Positions 18,178 through 29,024 of a stretch of DNA of 64,000 nt are shown piece by piece. Position numbers and translations under genes: made by a program. The stretch covers positions 1 through 64,000 of the forward strand of contig JBDONT010000026.1 of assembly GCA_039831155.1 (NCBI GenBank), in the 5' to 3' direction. The first letter of the stretch is position 1. Each line of letters opens with the position of its first letter. The notes beneath the pieces are model-generated. The model saw only the letters and a list, made by a program, of their open reading frames with translations. It did not search any database and was not told the origin of the DNA. Source of the stretch: Nautiliaceae bacterium (GTDB taxonomy: Bacteria > Campylobacterota > Campylobacteria > Campylobacterales > Nautiliaceae).

Positions 18178-19557
18178 GTGGAAATGAGAAAATTGGCTTT
18201 AGCAGTTGGTTTGAGTGCTATCTTAATGGCAGGAAATTTAAATCTCAAAATTGACAATTCAAACATTCACAGAGTACCGCCTACAACGACAAACGGAGTT
18301 ATCTCCTATTCAAGTATCGTTCAAAAAGTAGTACCAAGCGTTGTAAACATATCAACGGAAAAGATAGTAAAAACCAAAATTCCGGAAACATTTAAAAGAT
18401 TTTTTAACGATCCTTTTTTTCAAAAATTTTTCAGACCGTTTAGTGATATTCCGAAAGAACAAAAAGAGTACGCCTTAGGCAGTGGGGTAATTATCACAAA
18501 AGACGGCTATATAATCACAAACTATCACGTTATAAGCGGTGCTACAAAAATTATGGTAAAACTGCACGACGGAAGAAAATATAAAGCAAAACTAATAGGA
18601 AGCGATCCTAAAACGGATATTGCTATTATTAAAATAGAAGCAAAAAACCTAAAACCTATTACAATAGCCGACTCTAGCAAAATCAAAGTGGGAGATATCG
18701 TCCTTGCCGTTGGAAATCCTTTCGGACTTGGAGAGACTGTCACTCAAGGTATCGTAAGTGGGCTTAACAGAAACTCAATAGGACTTAACGCCTATGAAAA
18801 CTTCATCCAAACGGACGCCGCTATAAACCCTGGAAACAGTGGAGGGGCTTTGGTTGATTTAAAAGGTAGACTCATTGGAATAAACTCTGCAATTATCAGC
18901 AGTAGCGGAGGAAACAACGGAATCGGTTTTGCAATTCCAAGCAATATGATGAAATTTGTGCTTAATTCTTTAATTAAATACGGAGAGGTAAAAAGAGGCT
19001 ACTTAGGAGTACTAATAAGCAATATCGATTCAAGCAAAGCAAAACTATACGGAGTTGACCACGGGGTATTGATAAACAAAGTAGAACCAAATTCTGCAGC
19101 AAGCAAAGCAGGGCTTAAAGTAGGAGACATTATAGTTGCGGTTGACGGAGAAAAAGTAAACAACGCCGGAGAACTTAGAAACAAAATAGCATTTAAAGGC
19201 CCTGGAGCCGACGTTAAATTAGCAGTCTATAGAAACGGCAAATACTTAACCTTAACGGCAAAACTAAAAGCTTTAAAAACCAAAATCCAAAAAATAGATT
19301 CAACTATTTTAGAAGGAATTACGTTAAAAGAAGATAAAAACAGCGTAATTATAGATTCAATAGAACCAAATTCATACGCAGCCTTAGCCGGTCTTCAAAA
19401 AGGAGACAAAATAGTAAGAATAAGAACAATAAAAACCGGTAAATGGATAAACGTAACATCAATTGAAAAGCTTAAAAAACTTTTAAAAGGTTTAGACAAA
19501 GGTGACGCGTTAATAGAAGTTGAGAGAAAAAACCAACTATTTATTATCCAGCTATGA
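18178..19557 (+). CDS. htrA: HtrA/DegP serine protease with two PDZ domains
   Basis: TNYHV, TDIA, QTDAAINPGNSGG and two PDZ domains. Confidence 0.95.
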   Translation: MEMRKLALAVGLSAILMAGNLNLKIDNSNIHRVPPTTTNGVISYSSIVQKVVPSVVNISTEKIVKTKIPETFKRFFNDPFFQKFFRPFSDIPKEQKEYALGSGVIITKDGYIITNYHVISGATKIMVKLHDGRKYKAKLIGSDPKTDIAIIKIEAKNLKPITIADSSKIKVGDIVLAVGNPFGLGETVTQGIVSGLNRNSIGLNAYENFIQTDAAINPGNSGGALVDLKGRLIGINSAIISSSGGNNGIGFAIPSNMMKFVLNSLIKYGEVKRGYLGVLISNIDSSKAKLYGVDHGVLINKVEPNSAASKAGLKVGDIIVAVDGEKVNNAGELRNKIAFKGPGADVKLAVYRNGKYLTLTAKLKALKTKIQKIDSTILEGITLKEDKNSVIIDSIEPNSYAALAGLQKGDKIVRIRTIKTGKWINVTSIEKLKKLLKGLDKGDALIEVERKNQLFIIQL

Positions 19558-20252
19558 AAATTTTACTAGCACCCAGCGAGAGAAAAACGTTAGGAGGAGA
19601 TTTTCCTCCTATTTCAAAAGAGAATTTTATTTTCCCGGAAATTTACGATAAAAGAATAAAAGCCCTTAAAAAATATGACGAATTTCTTAAAACAACCGAT
19701 GATATTAAAAATTTCGGAGATGATAAAACTTCAATCTTTAATCGCCCGACCAAAAAAGCTATCTTAAGATACAGTGGGGTTGCTTTTGATTATCTAAAAT
19801 ATGAAAAATTAGACAAAGACTCTCAACAATGGATTGATAAAAACGTACTTATATTTTCAAATCTTTTCGGCGTAATAAGTGCCGGGGATTTCATACCGCA
19901 CTATACCCTCAAACAAGGAGCCAAACCCGGATTCGATATCTACAAACACCACAAAGAAGTATTTGAGCCTATCTTATCCGAAATTAATAAAAACGAACCT
20001 TTTATAGATTTAAGAGCCAAATTTTACGAAAAAATTTATAAACCTAAAAACGCAATTACGTTTAAATTTATAAAAAACGGCAAAGTAGTCAGTCATTTTG
20101 CTAAAGCATACAGAGGAAAACTCACAGCAACCATAGCAAAATACAAACCTAAAACTCTTGAAGATATCTTTAAAATTCCGTTTGAGGGAATAGAAGTAAT
20201 TGAAATTCAAGAAAAAAGAGGAGTAAGAGAGATTATTTGTAATATCAAATAA
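19554..20252 (+). CDS. yaaA: YaaA/UPF0246 peroxide-stress protein
   Basis: ILLAPSE.K, RYSGVAF, S.LFG and VVSHFAK.YRG motifs. Confidence 0.85.
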   Translation: MKILLAPSERKTLGGDFPPISKENFIFPEIYDKRIKALKKYDEFLKTTDDIKNFGDDKTSIFNRPTKKAILRYSGVAFDYLKYEKLDKDSQQWIDKNVLIFSNLFGVISAGDFIPHYTLKQGAKPGFDIYKHHKEVFEPILSEINKNEPFIDLRAKFYEKIYKPKNAITFKFIKNGKVVSHFAKAYRGKLTATIAKYKPKTLEDIFKIPFEGIEVIEIQEKRGVREIICNIK

Positions 20253-20828
20253 CTACTCATCCCCTCCAAAATCATCAAAATCTCCAAAGTCGTCAAATCC
20301 ACCACCAAAACCGTCATCGCTGATATTTTCCTCATAACTTTCAAAATAATCGCTATCCATTACATCATCGCTAACTTCACCCGAAATTTCATCCATTTTT
20401 GAATCCAGCTCTTCAAGCTTAGAATCAATCTCATCAAGTTTCGAATCGATTTCATTTAAATCATTCTCAAGCATTTCATTAATTTCGTTTGAGCTAAGTC
20501 CTAAATTTTCTCCCATTTCAACCGGTGATACGTTATGGTTAAAAAGAAGGTTATAAAGCCCCATTCCGGCCATCGCACCGGCCATTGAGCCTAAAAAGCT
20601 TCCTCCAAAACTACTTGAAAACGGACTTGATGAACTGTTTGAAGTCGAATTTTGTGTTTGAGGAGCCGTTTTCGCTCTCAACTCCTCGCTTGAGAACTTT
20701 TTTTCACCAACCCCTACCTTTTCTTCTATTTTTGCAACTCTTTTATCGATTTCATCAATTTTTTGAACAAGTTTTTCTAAAACAAGCCCCATTTTTTTTA
20801 AAGTGTTTTCAATGTTTTGAGTATCCAT
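20253..20828 (-). CDS. Hypothetical coiled-coil/low-complexity protein (DUF2076-like)
   Basis: Coiled coil, Ser-rich linker, SFLGSMAGAMAG helix and acidic Gly/Asp tail. Confidence 0.6.
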   Translation of the reverse strand: MDTQNIENTLKKMGLVLEKLVQKIDEIDKRVAKIEEKVGVGEKKFSSEELRAKTAPQTQNSTSNSSSSPFSSSFGGSFLGSMAGAMAGMGLYNLLFNHNVSPVEMGENLGLSSNEINEMLENDLNEIDSKLDEIDSKLEELDSKMDEISGEVSDDVMDSDYFESYEENISDDGFGGGFDDFGDFDDFGGDE

Positions 20829-21574
20829 TATTTCTCCTTTTTCTGTTTTAAAGTTTCAACCACGTAAAAAAACTCCGGGTTTAAATCGTTATAAAAAAGC
20901 TTTACTTTTGCTTCCTGGTAAAGTTTTTTTTGTATAACTTCGGTAATTATACCTACTTTTGCACCTTTATAAAAAACCCCGTCAAGCCCGCTTGTAATCA
21001 CCAAATCCCCTATATGTACGGATTTAAAGCGTGGAATATATTTAATTACGTTTATTTTACCGTAAAAAATACCCGGAATTTGGTTTTTGCCTATATAAAC
21101 CGTATAACTTGTTTTATCGTTGGAATTTAGTAACGCCAAAGAGTAGTTTGAATAATTTTTAACTACAATTCCGGCTGCTAAATTATTATAAACAAGTCCT
21201 CTTGGAGTTTTAAAAGGTTTATCGTAACTTATATAAATTTGAGTAAAGTCGGGTAACTTTGCATAAGATATCGTTTGAGTAAACACTAAATTCGGAAAAG
21301 AGAGTTTTTTAAAAAACTCCAAATCCTTACACGTTGCGTATCTTACCGCAAATCTCTGTATCTCGTCTTTTAAGAAACGGTTCTCTTTTAAAAGCTTTTG
21401 TATAGTTTCTGTTTGCTCCATATATTCATAATAAGAGTTTTTCAAAGAAGTTAGAGCGGAAGAAAAACTATTTTTTAAAAAATTTACCCCTTCCAACATC
21501 GAACTTCTTATTTTAGGAATTTGAAAAAACAGAATAAAAAAAAGGGAAAAAAGAAGTATTAAACGCTTACTCAT
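20828..21574 (-). CDS. mreC: Rod shape protein MreC
   Basis: Follows mreB; TM plus coiled coil; TSGLDG.F. Confidence 0.9.
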   Translation of the reverse strand: MSKRLILLFSLFFILFFQIPKIRSSMLEGVNFLKNSFSSALTSLKNSYYEYMEQTETIQKLLKENRFLKDEIQRFAVRYATCKDLEFFKKLSFPNLVFTQTISYAKLPDFTQIYISYDKPFKTPRGLVYNNLAAGIVVKNYSNYSLALLNSNDKTSYTVYIGKNQIPGIFYGKINVIKYIPRFKSVHIGDLVITSGLDGVFYKGAKVGIITEVIQKKLYQEAKVKLFYNDLNPEFFYVVETLKQKKEK

Positions 21575-22595
21575 CTAACATTGCTAAAATTTCTATTTCA
21601 TCCAGTACTTTACCTGTTCCTTTAGCTACCGCTAAAAGAGGTTCTTCGGCTATATATACCGGAAGATTTACCAAATCGCTTAAATATTTATCAAGCCCTT
21701 TAAGCAAAGCTCCTCCACCGGTTAAAACGATTCCGTTTTCCACGATATCCCCGGCTAAATCCGCCGGAGTCTCTTCTAAAACCTGTTTTAACGCCTCACC
21801 TATCTCTTTTACCGGTTCTTTTAACGCTTCTCTTATATCTTCGCTGGTTACCGTAATAGTTTCAAGAAGTCCGGAAATTTTATTCTTACCTTGAATAGGC
21901 ATTTTTTCTTCTTTTTCAAGCTTAACGGCACTTCCTATTTGCATTTTAATCTCTTCAGCCACTCTCTCACCGATTACAAGATTGTATTTTTTATTGATAT
22001 AATCAACAATAGATTTATCAAACTTATCCCCGGCAACCCTAATTGACTTACTTACAACAAGTCCTCCTAAAGAGATTACACCGATTTCAGTAGTACCGCC
22101 ACCTATGTCAATTACCATACTACCTTGAGGCTCTTTTACCGGAAGTCCGGCTCCGATAGCAGCCGCCATCGGTTCTTCTATTAAATACACTTCCCTAGCC
22201 CCGGCACTCATTGCAGATTCTTTTACCGCTTTTCTCTCTACTTGAGTAAGTCCAAAAGGCACACAAATTACAATTCTTGGTCGAATAAGACTGTTTCTGT
22301 TGTGTACTTTTCTGATAAAATATCTAATCATCTCTTCCGTTACGCTAAAATCGGCAATCACTCCATTTTTCATAGGACGAATGGCTATTATGTTTTTAGG
22401 AGTTTTTCCGACCATCTCTTTTGCGGCTTTTCCAACCGCCAAAACCTCTTTTTTATGATTTCTATCATCTTTCATAGCCACGACACTCGGTTCGTTTATT
22501 ACAATTCCCTTGCCTTTAACACTTACAAGAGTATTCGCAGTCCCAAGGTCAATTGCCAAATCACTACTAAAAAGTCCCAGTATTTTATTAAACAT
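21567..22595 (-). CDS. mreB: Rod shape protein MreB
   Basis: [14 protein letters not shown] and DIGGGTTE motifs. Confidence 0.97.
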   Translation of the reverse strand: MFNKILGLFSSDLAIDLGTANTLVSVKGKGIVINEPSVVAMKDDRNHKKEVLAVGKAAKEMVGKTPKNIIAIRPMKNGVIADFSVTEEMIRYFIRKVHNRNSLIRPRIVICVPFGLTQVERKAVKESAMSAGAREVYLIEEPMAAAIGAGLPVKEPQGSMVIDIGGGTTEIGVISLGGLVVSKSIRVAGDKFDKSIVDYINKKYNLVIGERVAEEIKMQIGSAVKLEKEEKMPIQGKNKISGLLETITVTSEDIREALKEPVKEIGEALKQVLEETPADLAGDIVENGIVLTGGGALLKGLDKYLSDLVNLPVYIAEEPLLAVAKGTGKVLDEIEILAMLDE

Positions 22596-23808
22596 TGTCG
22601 TCCTTTTTAATCAAAATAGGGTCAGCCTTTTTCTCTATTACATCTTTTGTGATAATAACCTTATAACCTTTATATTCCGGTAAATTAAACATAACATCAA
22701 CCATCGCTTCTTCAAGAATCGCCCTAAGTCCCCTAGCCCCGGTTCCTCTTTTAATAGCTTTTTCTACAATGGCTTCAAGGGCGTCTTGTTCGAATTCAAG
22801 CTCAACACCGTCTAATGCAAACAACGCCTGATATTGCTTAATTAAAGCGTCTTTCGGTTCTGTTAATACTCTTATTAAATCCTCTTTTTTAAGTCCACTT
22901 AAAGTAGCAATAACCGGAAGTCTTCCTATAAGTTCCGGAATAAGTCCGTATTTAACCAAATCATCCGGTTCTACTAAAGAGAAAATATCGTCTTTAGAGA
23001 GTTTTTCTTTTGATTTTCCTAAAAATCCGACCGTCGCACCCTCTAATCTTTTTTGAATAATCTCTTCAAGACCGTCAAAAGCACCACCACAAATAAATAA
23101 AATATTACTTGTATCGATTTGAATATACTCTTGATTCGGATGTTTTCTTCCGCCTTGAGGAGGTACGTTTACTACACTTCCTTCGATAATTTTAAGAAGG
23201 GCTTGTTGAACCCCCTCTCCACTAACGTCTCTTGTAATAGACCTGTTTTCGGAAAGACGTGAAATTTTGTCTATTTCATCAATAAAAACTATACCTCTTT
23301 GGGCTTTTTCTATATCCCAGTCCGCAGCCTGAATAAGTTTTAGTAAAACATTCTCAACATCTTCCCCGACATACCCGGCTTCCGTTAAAGAAGTGGCATC
23401 GGCAATAGCTAAAGGCACATCTAAAAGTTTAGATAAAGTCCTGGCAATTAATGTTTTACCGCTCCCGGTAGGACCTATCATTAATATGTTTGATTTTTGA
23501 ATTTCAACATCGGTTTTCGCCCCGAAAAGAATTCTTTTATAATGATTATAAACGGCAACCGAAATAATTTTTTTAGCTCTTTCCTGCCCTATTACATATT
23601 CATCCAGATAAGCTTTAATAGCTTTTGGTGGAATAAGTTTAAAGTTAAACTCTTTTTTCTCTTTTTTCTGTTCTTTTTCCGCTCCCATAATTATTTCATA
23701 GGCTGTTAAAACACAATTTTTACAAATAAAAGCAGCATCGTCCGGTGCCGCTAAAAGCGGATTGTCTTCAGTTTCCACTGCTCCACAAAAACTACACTTT
23801 TCTATCAT
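22588..23808 (-). CDS. clpX: ClpX ATPase
   Basis: CSFC/C..C zinc finger, GPTGSGKT and GRKHP. Confidence 0.97.
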   Translation of the reverse strand: MIEKCSFCGAVETEDNPLLAAPDDAAFICKNCVLTAYEIIMGAEKEQKKEKKEFNFKLIPPKAIKAYLDEYVIGQERAKKIISVAVYNHYKRILFGAKTDVEIQKSNILMIGPTGSGKTLIARTLSKLLDVPLAIADATSLTEAGYVGEDVENVLLKLIQAADWDIEKAQRGIVFIDEIDKISRLSENRSITRDVSGEGVQQALLKIIEGSVVNVPPQGGRKHPNQEYIQIDTSNILFICGGAFDGLEEIIQKRLEGATVGFLGKSKEKLSKDDIFSLVEPDDLVKYGLIPELIGRLPVIATLSGLKKEDLIRVLTEPKDALIKQYQALFALDGVELEFEQDALEAIVEKAIKRGTGARGLRAILEEAMVDVMFNLPEYKGYKVIITKDVIEKKADPILIKKDDNV

Positions 23809-24568
23809 ATGGAATTCCCCTTTTTGAATTTAGTACAAACTCGCACAAATGCTTTACGTATTTATTATCGGTTGAATTTAAAATCTCCTGTGCCGTCTCT
23901 TTTAAAGGTTTACCCTTTTGAAAAAGCTCTTTATAAGCACTTTTTATAGCATCTATATCGCTTCTGTTTTCAAATCTTCTTCTAAGTCCCGTAAAATTAA
24001 GACCTCTAAGTTTCGCTCTGTTTCCTTCGGCTATCGTATAAGGAGGTATATCTTGAGCCACCGCACTAGCTCCTCCTATCATAGCGTGAGCCCCTATTTT
24101 TACAAACTGATGAACCGGCGTCATACCGCCTATTACTACGTAATCTTCAAGTTCTACGTGTCCGGCAAGCGTTACAGCGTTTGCCAAAATACAGTTATTA
24201 CTGATAATTACATCGTGAGCTACGTGTACGTATCCCATTAAAAGGTTGTTATCTCCTATTTTCGTAACACCACCACCACCTACGGTACCGGTATTTATAA
24301 AAGTAAATTCACGAATTTTATTGTTATTGCCTATAACAAGTTTCGTATCTTCTCCGTTATACTTTAAATCCTGCGGCTCACTACCAAGGACTGCATGGGA
24401 ATAGATGTGGTTATTATTCCCTATCGTAGTATGACCGGTAATTAAAGTATAAGGTTCTATTACGTTATTGTCTCCTATTACTACGTTTTCATCAATAATA
24501 ACACCCTCGCCTATTTTGCAGTTTTTACCTATTTTACCTTTTATAATCGCTTTCATTTTAGTTTCCAT
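23792..24568 (-). CDS. lpxA: UDP-GlcNAc O-acyltransferase
   Basis: Hexapeptide repeats, PQDLKY, HVAHD, LAGHV and HQF. Confidence 0.95.
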   Translation of the reverse strand: METKMKAIIKGKIGKNCKIGEGVIIDENVVIGDNNVIEPYTLITGHTTIGNNNHIYSHAVLGSEPQDLKYNGEDTKLVIGNNNKIREFTFINTGTVGGGGVTKIGDNNLLMGYVHVAHDVIISNNCILANAVTLAGHVELEDYVVIGGMTPVHQFVKIGAHAMIGGASAVAQDIPPYTIAEGNRAKLRGLNFTGLRRRFENRSDIDAIKSAYKELFQKGKPLKETAQEILNSTDNKYVKHLCEFVLNSKRGIPYDRKV

Positions 24569-24573
24569 TTAAT

Positions 24574-25014
24574 TTATTTGTCCATAATCATAGCTTTAAG
24601 TTCAGCCTCACTAACAAGCTCTCCGTCTACGTAAGCCTCACCTTTAAGATGCCAGATTTTTCCTCTATGCTTAATTGTAGATACTTTATAAACAAGTTTA
24701 TCACCGGGAAATACCGGTTTTCTGAATTTTGCTTTGTCAATGCTCATAAAATATACGACTTTATCGTTTAATTCTTCTTTATTCATTACGGTAAACGGTA
24801 AAATCGCCCCCGTTTGAGCCATTCCCTCAATTATTAAAACCCCAGGATAAATCGGATGTCCTGGAAAATGACCTTGAAAAACTTGATTTGTAATAGAAAT
24901 ATTTAAATACCCCTCAACATATTCGCCCTCTTTTACATCTGTAATTCTATCAACCAATAAAAACGGATATCTGTGCGGAAGCATTTCTTGAATTTGATTA
25001 ATATCAAAAACCAT
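24574..25014 (-). CDS. fabZ: 3-hydroxyacyl-ACP dehydratase
   Basis: [11 protein letters not shown] and [14 protein letters not shown] motifs. Confidence 0.96.
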   Translation of the reverse strand: MVFDINQIQEMLPHRYPFLLVDRITDVKEGEYVEGYLNISITNQVFQGHFPGHPIYPGVLIIEGMAQTGAILPFTVMNKEELNDKVVYFMSIDKAKFRKPVFPGDKLVYKVSTIKHRGKIWHLKGEAYVDGELVSEAELKAMIMDK

Positions 25015-25029
25015 GGTTTTCCTTTTTTA

Positions 25030-26100
25030 TTATAATTTTATCAAAATTTCTCTCACATCCGGATAAACTTTGGCTTTTATATCTACTTCATATCTGTTAT
25101 CAATCTCATCCACCACAATTATAGGAGATAAAGAGTATTTGGTATGAGTTATTTTTTCCCTAAATAAAATCTCCTCATCAACACCAAGAGGCGAAAAAAA
25201 TACATCTTTGACATTTTTATATGTTTTATTTAAAACAGCATTAAATTTTTTAAGAGTTACGAAGATTATCTGCATTCTGTTAAAATATCCGACCCCGTCT
25301 TTTATATATTCAACCCTGCCTCTTACACCACGCTCTAGATAAGAATAAAAAAGAATATAACTATCAACAACCTCTTTATTAGCCTTAACAACACCTTGCA
25401 AAAGTCTGTAGTTTAAAAAGTTCTCTTTTAAGATTTTATATTCGATTCCTTTTTCCTCATAATCCAGCCGTTTAGTGTAAATTAAAAGTTTCTCTTCAAT
25501 GCTTGAGGGCAAAACCTGTTTCGTAATAGGGGAAAAAAGCTCGTCAATTATTTCTTGATGCCGTTTTTGCTGCCATATTCCGTAAATACACCCACAATAA
25601 TCCTGCCTATACATTTTCATTTCTTTGGCGAACTCCTGCTGCTTTTGAGTTCCACCTTTTTTTCTAAAATCGGGAGCGTAGAAGTTTATGTTATATTTTC
25701 TTTTGATCACTTTTCCTATGGAATTTAACTGCTCTTGAGACTTCATAGGAGACATAAGCAAAGAAGTGGTAATAGTATCCTCTCCCCTACTTTTAGCAAA
25801 CCGTGCCGTAGCTTCCAAAGAGTGGTCAAAGCATACAGAACACCTGCTGCCTTTTTCCGGTTCGTTTTCTTTACCTTTTACGGCTTTTAGCCAGCTTTCG
25901 TAATCATATTCCCCTTCTACATACTCAACACCCAATTTCTCGCATATTCTTTTGGTATCCAAACTTCTTAACTTAAATTCGCTAAAGGGGTGAATATTAG
26001 GATCGTAAAAAAAACCTATAATTTTTTCATCTTTAAACTCTTCTTTCAGACGTTTTAAAAAATAACCGGCATCAACACTGCAACATAAATGAACAACCAT
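25030..26100 (-). CDS. queH: Epoxyqueuosine reductase QueH
   Basis: HLCCSVD, FYDPNIHP, RCSVCF and YRQDYCGC motifs. Confidence 0.9.
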   Translation of the reverse strand: MVVHLCCSVDAGYFLKRLKEEFKDEKIIGFFYDPNIHPFSEFKLRSLDTKRICEKLGVEYVEGEYDYESWLKAVKGKENEPEKGSRCSVCFDHSLEATARFAKSRGEDTITTSLLMSPMKSQEQLNSIGKVIKRKYNINFYAPDFRKKGGTQKQQEFAKEMKMYRQDYCGCIYGIWQQKRHQEIIDELFSPITKQVLPSSIEEKLLIYTKRLDYEEKGIEYKILKENFLNYRLLQGVVKANKEVVDSYILFYSYLERGVRGRVEYIKDGVGYFNRMQIIFVTLKKFNAVLNKTYKNVKDVFFSPLGVDEEILFREKITHTKYSLSPIIVVDEIDNRYEVDIKAKVYPDVREILIKL

Positions 26101-26117
26101 AAAAGAGCCTAAAGCCC

Positions 26118-26342
26118 TTAGCTTACGCTAGGGCAAGAAAGTTCTACGTAGATTTTAAAAGTGTCTCCCTCTTCGTTTACGAAAAATCTATGCTTTTTAC
26201 AAAAGTTAGCATTCATATGATTTGCAAGTTTTAAAGCTTCAAACTCCGCCTCTTCTTTTGTTTCAAATGTTTTAGGAAACTCTAGTCCGCTTCTTTTAAC
26301 ACATCCACACTGTTTTTCGATATCAACTTTAAACATTTCCAC
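26118..26342 (-). CDS. Small Cys-containing hypothetical protein
   Basis: AGGAG RBS; CGC...FC.KH.F. Confidence 0.7.
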   Translation of the reverse strand: MEMFKVDIEKQCGCVKRSGLEFPKTFETKEEAEFEALKLANHMNANFCKKHRFFVNEEGDTFKIYVELSCPSVS

Positions 26343-26430
26343 TCCTTTTAGATAAATTTTGTCCGAAATATACCAAAATTTTTTACAAAATCAAATTTTT
26401 TTGATATATTAAGCCCAAAAAAGGAAAACT

Positions 26431-26931
26431 ATGACTCAAATTCAAAAAGAGATGATGGCATTGGTTGGGGCTTGTACTCAAGAGTGTGGAGATAAGTTTT
26501 TGGTACCTAGCGAATTAAATGAAGAGTTTGATAAAATCTTAACCAAAAAGTTTGAAATTTTTAATAAAGACTCTCAAGATAAATATGACTTAATTATCGA
26601 AAAAACCCCGGGAGATTTAATTGAAATTTACCAAAAACTAAACGACAAAGGAATTTACATAACAACTGCAAAATCTCTAGAAGACAGAGCCCTGTTTGCA
26701 AATTTAAGCAAACTTTTTTATATCGTAATGCCTTACTATTTTATAGAAGAAGACGGCACAAGAAAAGCTTTGGTATTCGCAAGTAAAGAGATTCACCCTA
26801 CAACAGATTTAATAAGACACAGAAGCGATTTCGTACAAAACACGCACTATTACCACACCGACATCCATTTGGCAAGTTTCGTTTTACCTAAATATATTTT
26901 TGAGAATATCAAAGATGTTATCAGACTTTAA
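26431..26931 (+). CDS. Degenerate spermidine synthase-like protein
   Basis: EMM, YDLII, FASK.IHP and YY..DIH.ASFVLP motifs; upstream of coaE as speE is in Helicobacter. Confidence 0.65.
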   Translation: MTQIQKEMMALVGACTQECGDKFLVPSELNEEFDKILTKKFEIFNKDSQDKYDLIIEKTPGDLIEIYQKLNDKGIYITTAKSLEDRALFANLSKLFYIVMPYYFIEEDGTRKALVFASKEIHPTTDLIRHRSDFVQNTHYYHTDIHLASFVLPKYIFENIKDVIRL

Positions 26932-27478
26932 AAACGCAATTGTTTTAACCGGAGGCATAGGTACGGGTAAAAGTACCGTCGCTTCTTTTTTAAAAATGTA
27001 CGGGTATAAAATAATAGACGCAGACAAAATCAGTAAAGAAGTTTTTGAAGAAAAAAAAGAAAAAATAGAAAAACTCTTCAACACAACCGACAGAAAAGAG
27101 ATTAGAAAAATAGTATTTAACGACAAAGAAAAGCTAAAATTGCTAGAAGATATAATCCTGCCGGAAGTAAAAAAAAGAGTGCTTTTACTTTGTGAAAAAT
27201 ACGAAAAAGACAATGTGGCATATTTTGTGGATTTACCTTTGTATTTTGAAAAACAAAACTACAACTTCAATAAAGTCCTAGTAGTATACGCCCCAAAAGA
27301 GATTCAAATTCAAAGAGTAATAAAAAGAGACAACGTAACGGAAAAAGACGCTAAAGCCATTTTAAACAATCAAATGGATATTGAAAAGAAAAAAGAGTTA
27401 GCCGATTTTGTAATAGACAATTCAAAAGATTTAAAACATCTTCAAAAAGAGATAGAAAAGTTTTTAAAAATGATATAA
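26915..27478 (+). CDS. coaE: Dephospho-CoA kinase
   Basis: LTGGIGTGKST, IDAD, PLYFE and ADFVIDN motifs. Confidence 0.93.
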   Translation: MLSDFKNAIVLTGGIGTGKSTVASFLKMYGYKIIDADKISKEVFEEKKEKIEKLFNTTDRKEIRKIVFNDKEKLKLLEDIILPEVKKRVLLLCEKYEKDNVAYFVDLPLYFEKQNYNFNKVLVVYAPKEIQIQRVIKRDNVTEKDAKAILNNQMDIEKKKELADFVIDNSKDLKHLQKEIEKFLKMI

Positions 27479-27496
27479 TAAAAAAAAGGAGTTAAA

Positions 27497-27730
27497 ATGA
27501 AAACAAATCAAATAATCGCAGAATTTCCTCTGGCAAACACAAAAGAAGGAAAAATTACCGTATCTCATATACAAGAACCTTACGGAGAAAACTCAAAACC
27601 GGTTGTAAGTATAGGAATTTCTCTAAACGGAGACGAAAACAATCCTGACTGGAAAGCTCATATTCCGTATGAAAATATAGACGACGTAATAGCGGCTCTA
27701 AAAGCTGCAAAAGAAAAATTTAAAAACTAA
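27497..27730 (+). CDS. Hypothetical protein
   Basis: AGGAG RBS; typical codon usage. Confidence 0.7.
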   Translation: MKTNQIIAEFPLANTKEGKITVSHIQEPYGENSKPVVSIGISLNGDENNPDWKAHIPYENIDDVIAALKAAKEKFKN

Positions 27731-28632
27731 TTTTTCTTTATTTTCGCAAAGAAAAAACCCGAGTAAGCGTCTTTTGGTAAAATCCTAACACTTTTGCTTA
27801 CATCGGGATGAAACTCTTTATCTTCCCATTTCGTAAGACCGTTTTGAATATTCTCAATAGGCAGTTTAACATCCATAATTTCCGCGTTTTCATACTTTTT
27901 AAGTAAAAAATCCACACTCTCTTCATTTTCTTCGGGAGAAAACGTACAAGTGGCAAATATCATCTCACCTCCCGGTTTTAAAGCCTCAAAAGCCGAAATT
28001 ATAAGCTCTTTTTGAAGCTTTGCAAAACGTCTGACTCTTTTTAAATTCCACCACGTGATACCTTCGTTAAAATCTATATGGGCTTCACTACTGCAAGGAG
28101 CGTCCAAAAACACCCTATCAAACATCTCTCCGGTGGCTTTATAAACAAAACGACCGTCTTTATTGTAAGTTTGGATATTTTTTGCACCGTGTTCTTTGAA
28201 GTTTCTTTTCATTCTAAAAAACCTACCTTTATCCGGTTCTACGGCACTGACTTTTCTTGCTATTTCACTAAAAATCAGACTCTTTCCACCGGGAGCCGCC
28301 GCCAAATCCAAAACCCAATCATCCTCTTTTACATCCAATGCCAACGCAGAAATAATAGAAGAGAGGTTTTGAATATAGATTTTATTCGCCGTATAAGTTT
28401 TGGTTTTTGTTATCTTTTTTCTATCTTCCATAGGAAGGGTATAAACCCATTCACTACATTCAACCCTCTTAGGATTAAACCCCTCTTTTCTTAGTTCGTC
28501 AATCGTTTCTAGGGAAGCTTTATGTCTGTTTATTCTAAAAGAAAACTCTTTTTTTTCTTTTAACCCTTCAAGAATTGAAGGATTTATTTTATTTATTCTT
28601 TCAATAAAAATAGCTTCATTGTCTTTTTTCAT
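27727..28632 (-). CDS. RsmB/RsmF (NOL1/NOP2) RNA m5C methyltransferase
   Basis: DLAAAPGGKS, LDAPCS and ATCT...ENE motifs. Confidence 0.9.
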   Translation of the reverse strand: MKKDNEAIFIERINKINPSILEGLKEKKEFSFRINRHKASLETIDELRKEGFNPKRVECSEWVYTLPMEDRKKITKTKTYTANKIYIQNLSSIISALALDVKEDDWVLDLAAAPGGKSLIFSEIARKVSAVEPDKGRFFRMKRNFKEHGAKNIQTYNKDGRFVYKATGEMFDRVFLDAPCSSEAHIDFNEGITWWNLKRVRRFAKLQKELIISAFEALKPGGEMIFATCTFSPEENEESVDFLLKKYENAEIMDVKLPIENIQNGLTKWEDKEFHPDVSKSVRILPKDAYSGFFFAKIKKN

Positions 28633-28640
28633 CTACTCTC

Positions 28641-29024
28641 CTACAATTTTAAAATTTTAAATATCTCTTTTTGTAAAGGTGCCAGCTCTTCGTTGTTTGT
28701 TATATTTCGATACCAGATATGAAACTGATTTGAAACTTTAAAAAGCCAGTCTATTAACTCCTCGGTAATTTTGTTTTTATCTCTCGCCTCTTGCAAAATA
28801 TCCTCTACAAAATGGGCAAAGATTTGAATTCTTTTTAGTTTTAAAAACCCACTTGCAGATTTTAAATTATGAAACATCCTAAAAAGATCGTTTAAAGATT
28901 CACTATCTTGATAAAGACTCTCTATCGTCAAATCCATATTATCTTCCAAAACATCAAGCAGCATTAAAAACTCTTCGACAATATCACTGTCAAATTCACT
29001 ATACAAATAATCACTTATACCCAC
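28641..29024 (-). CDS. Stand-alone Hpt phosphotransfer protein
   Basis: LFR.FHNLKSAS.FL...H.VE. Confidence 0.85.
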   Translation of the reverse strand: MGISDYLYSEFDSDIVEEFLMLLDVLEDNMDLTIESLYQDSESLNDLFRMFHNLKSASGFLKLKRIQIFAHFVEDILQEARDKNKITEELIDWLFKVSNQFHIWYRNITNNEELAPLQKEIFKILKL

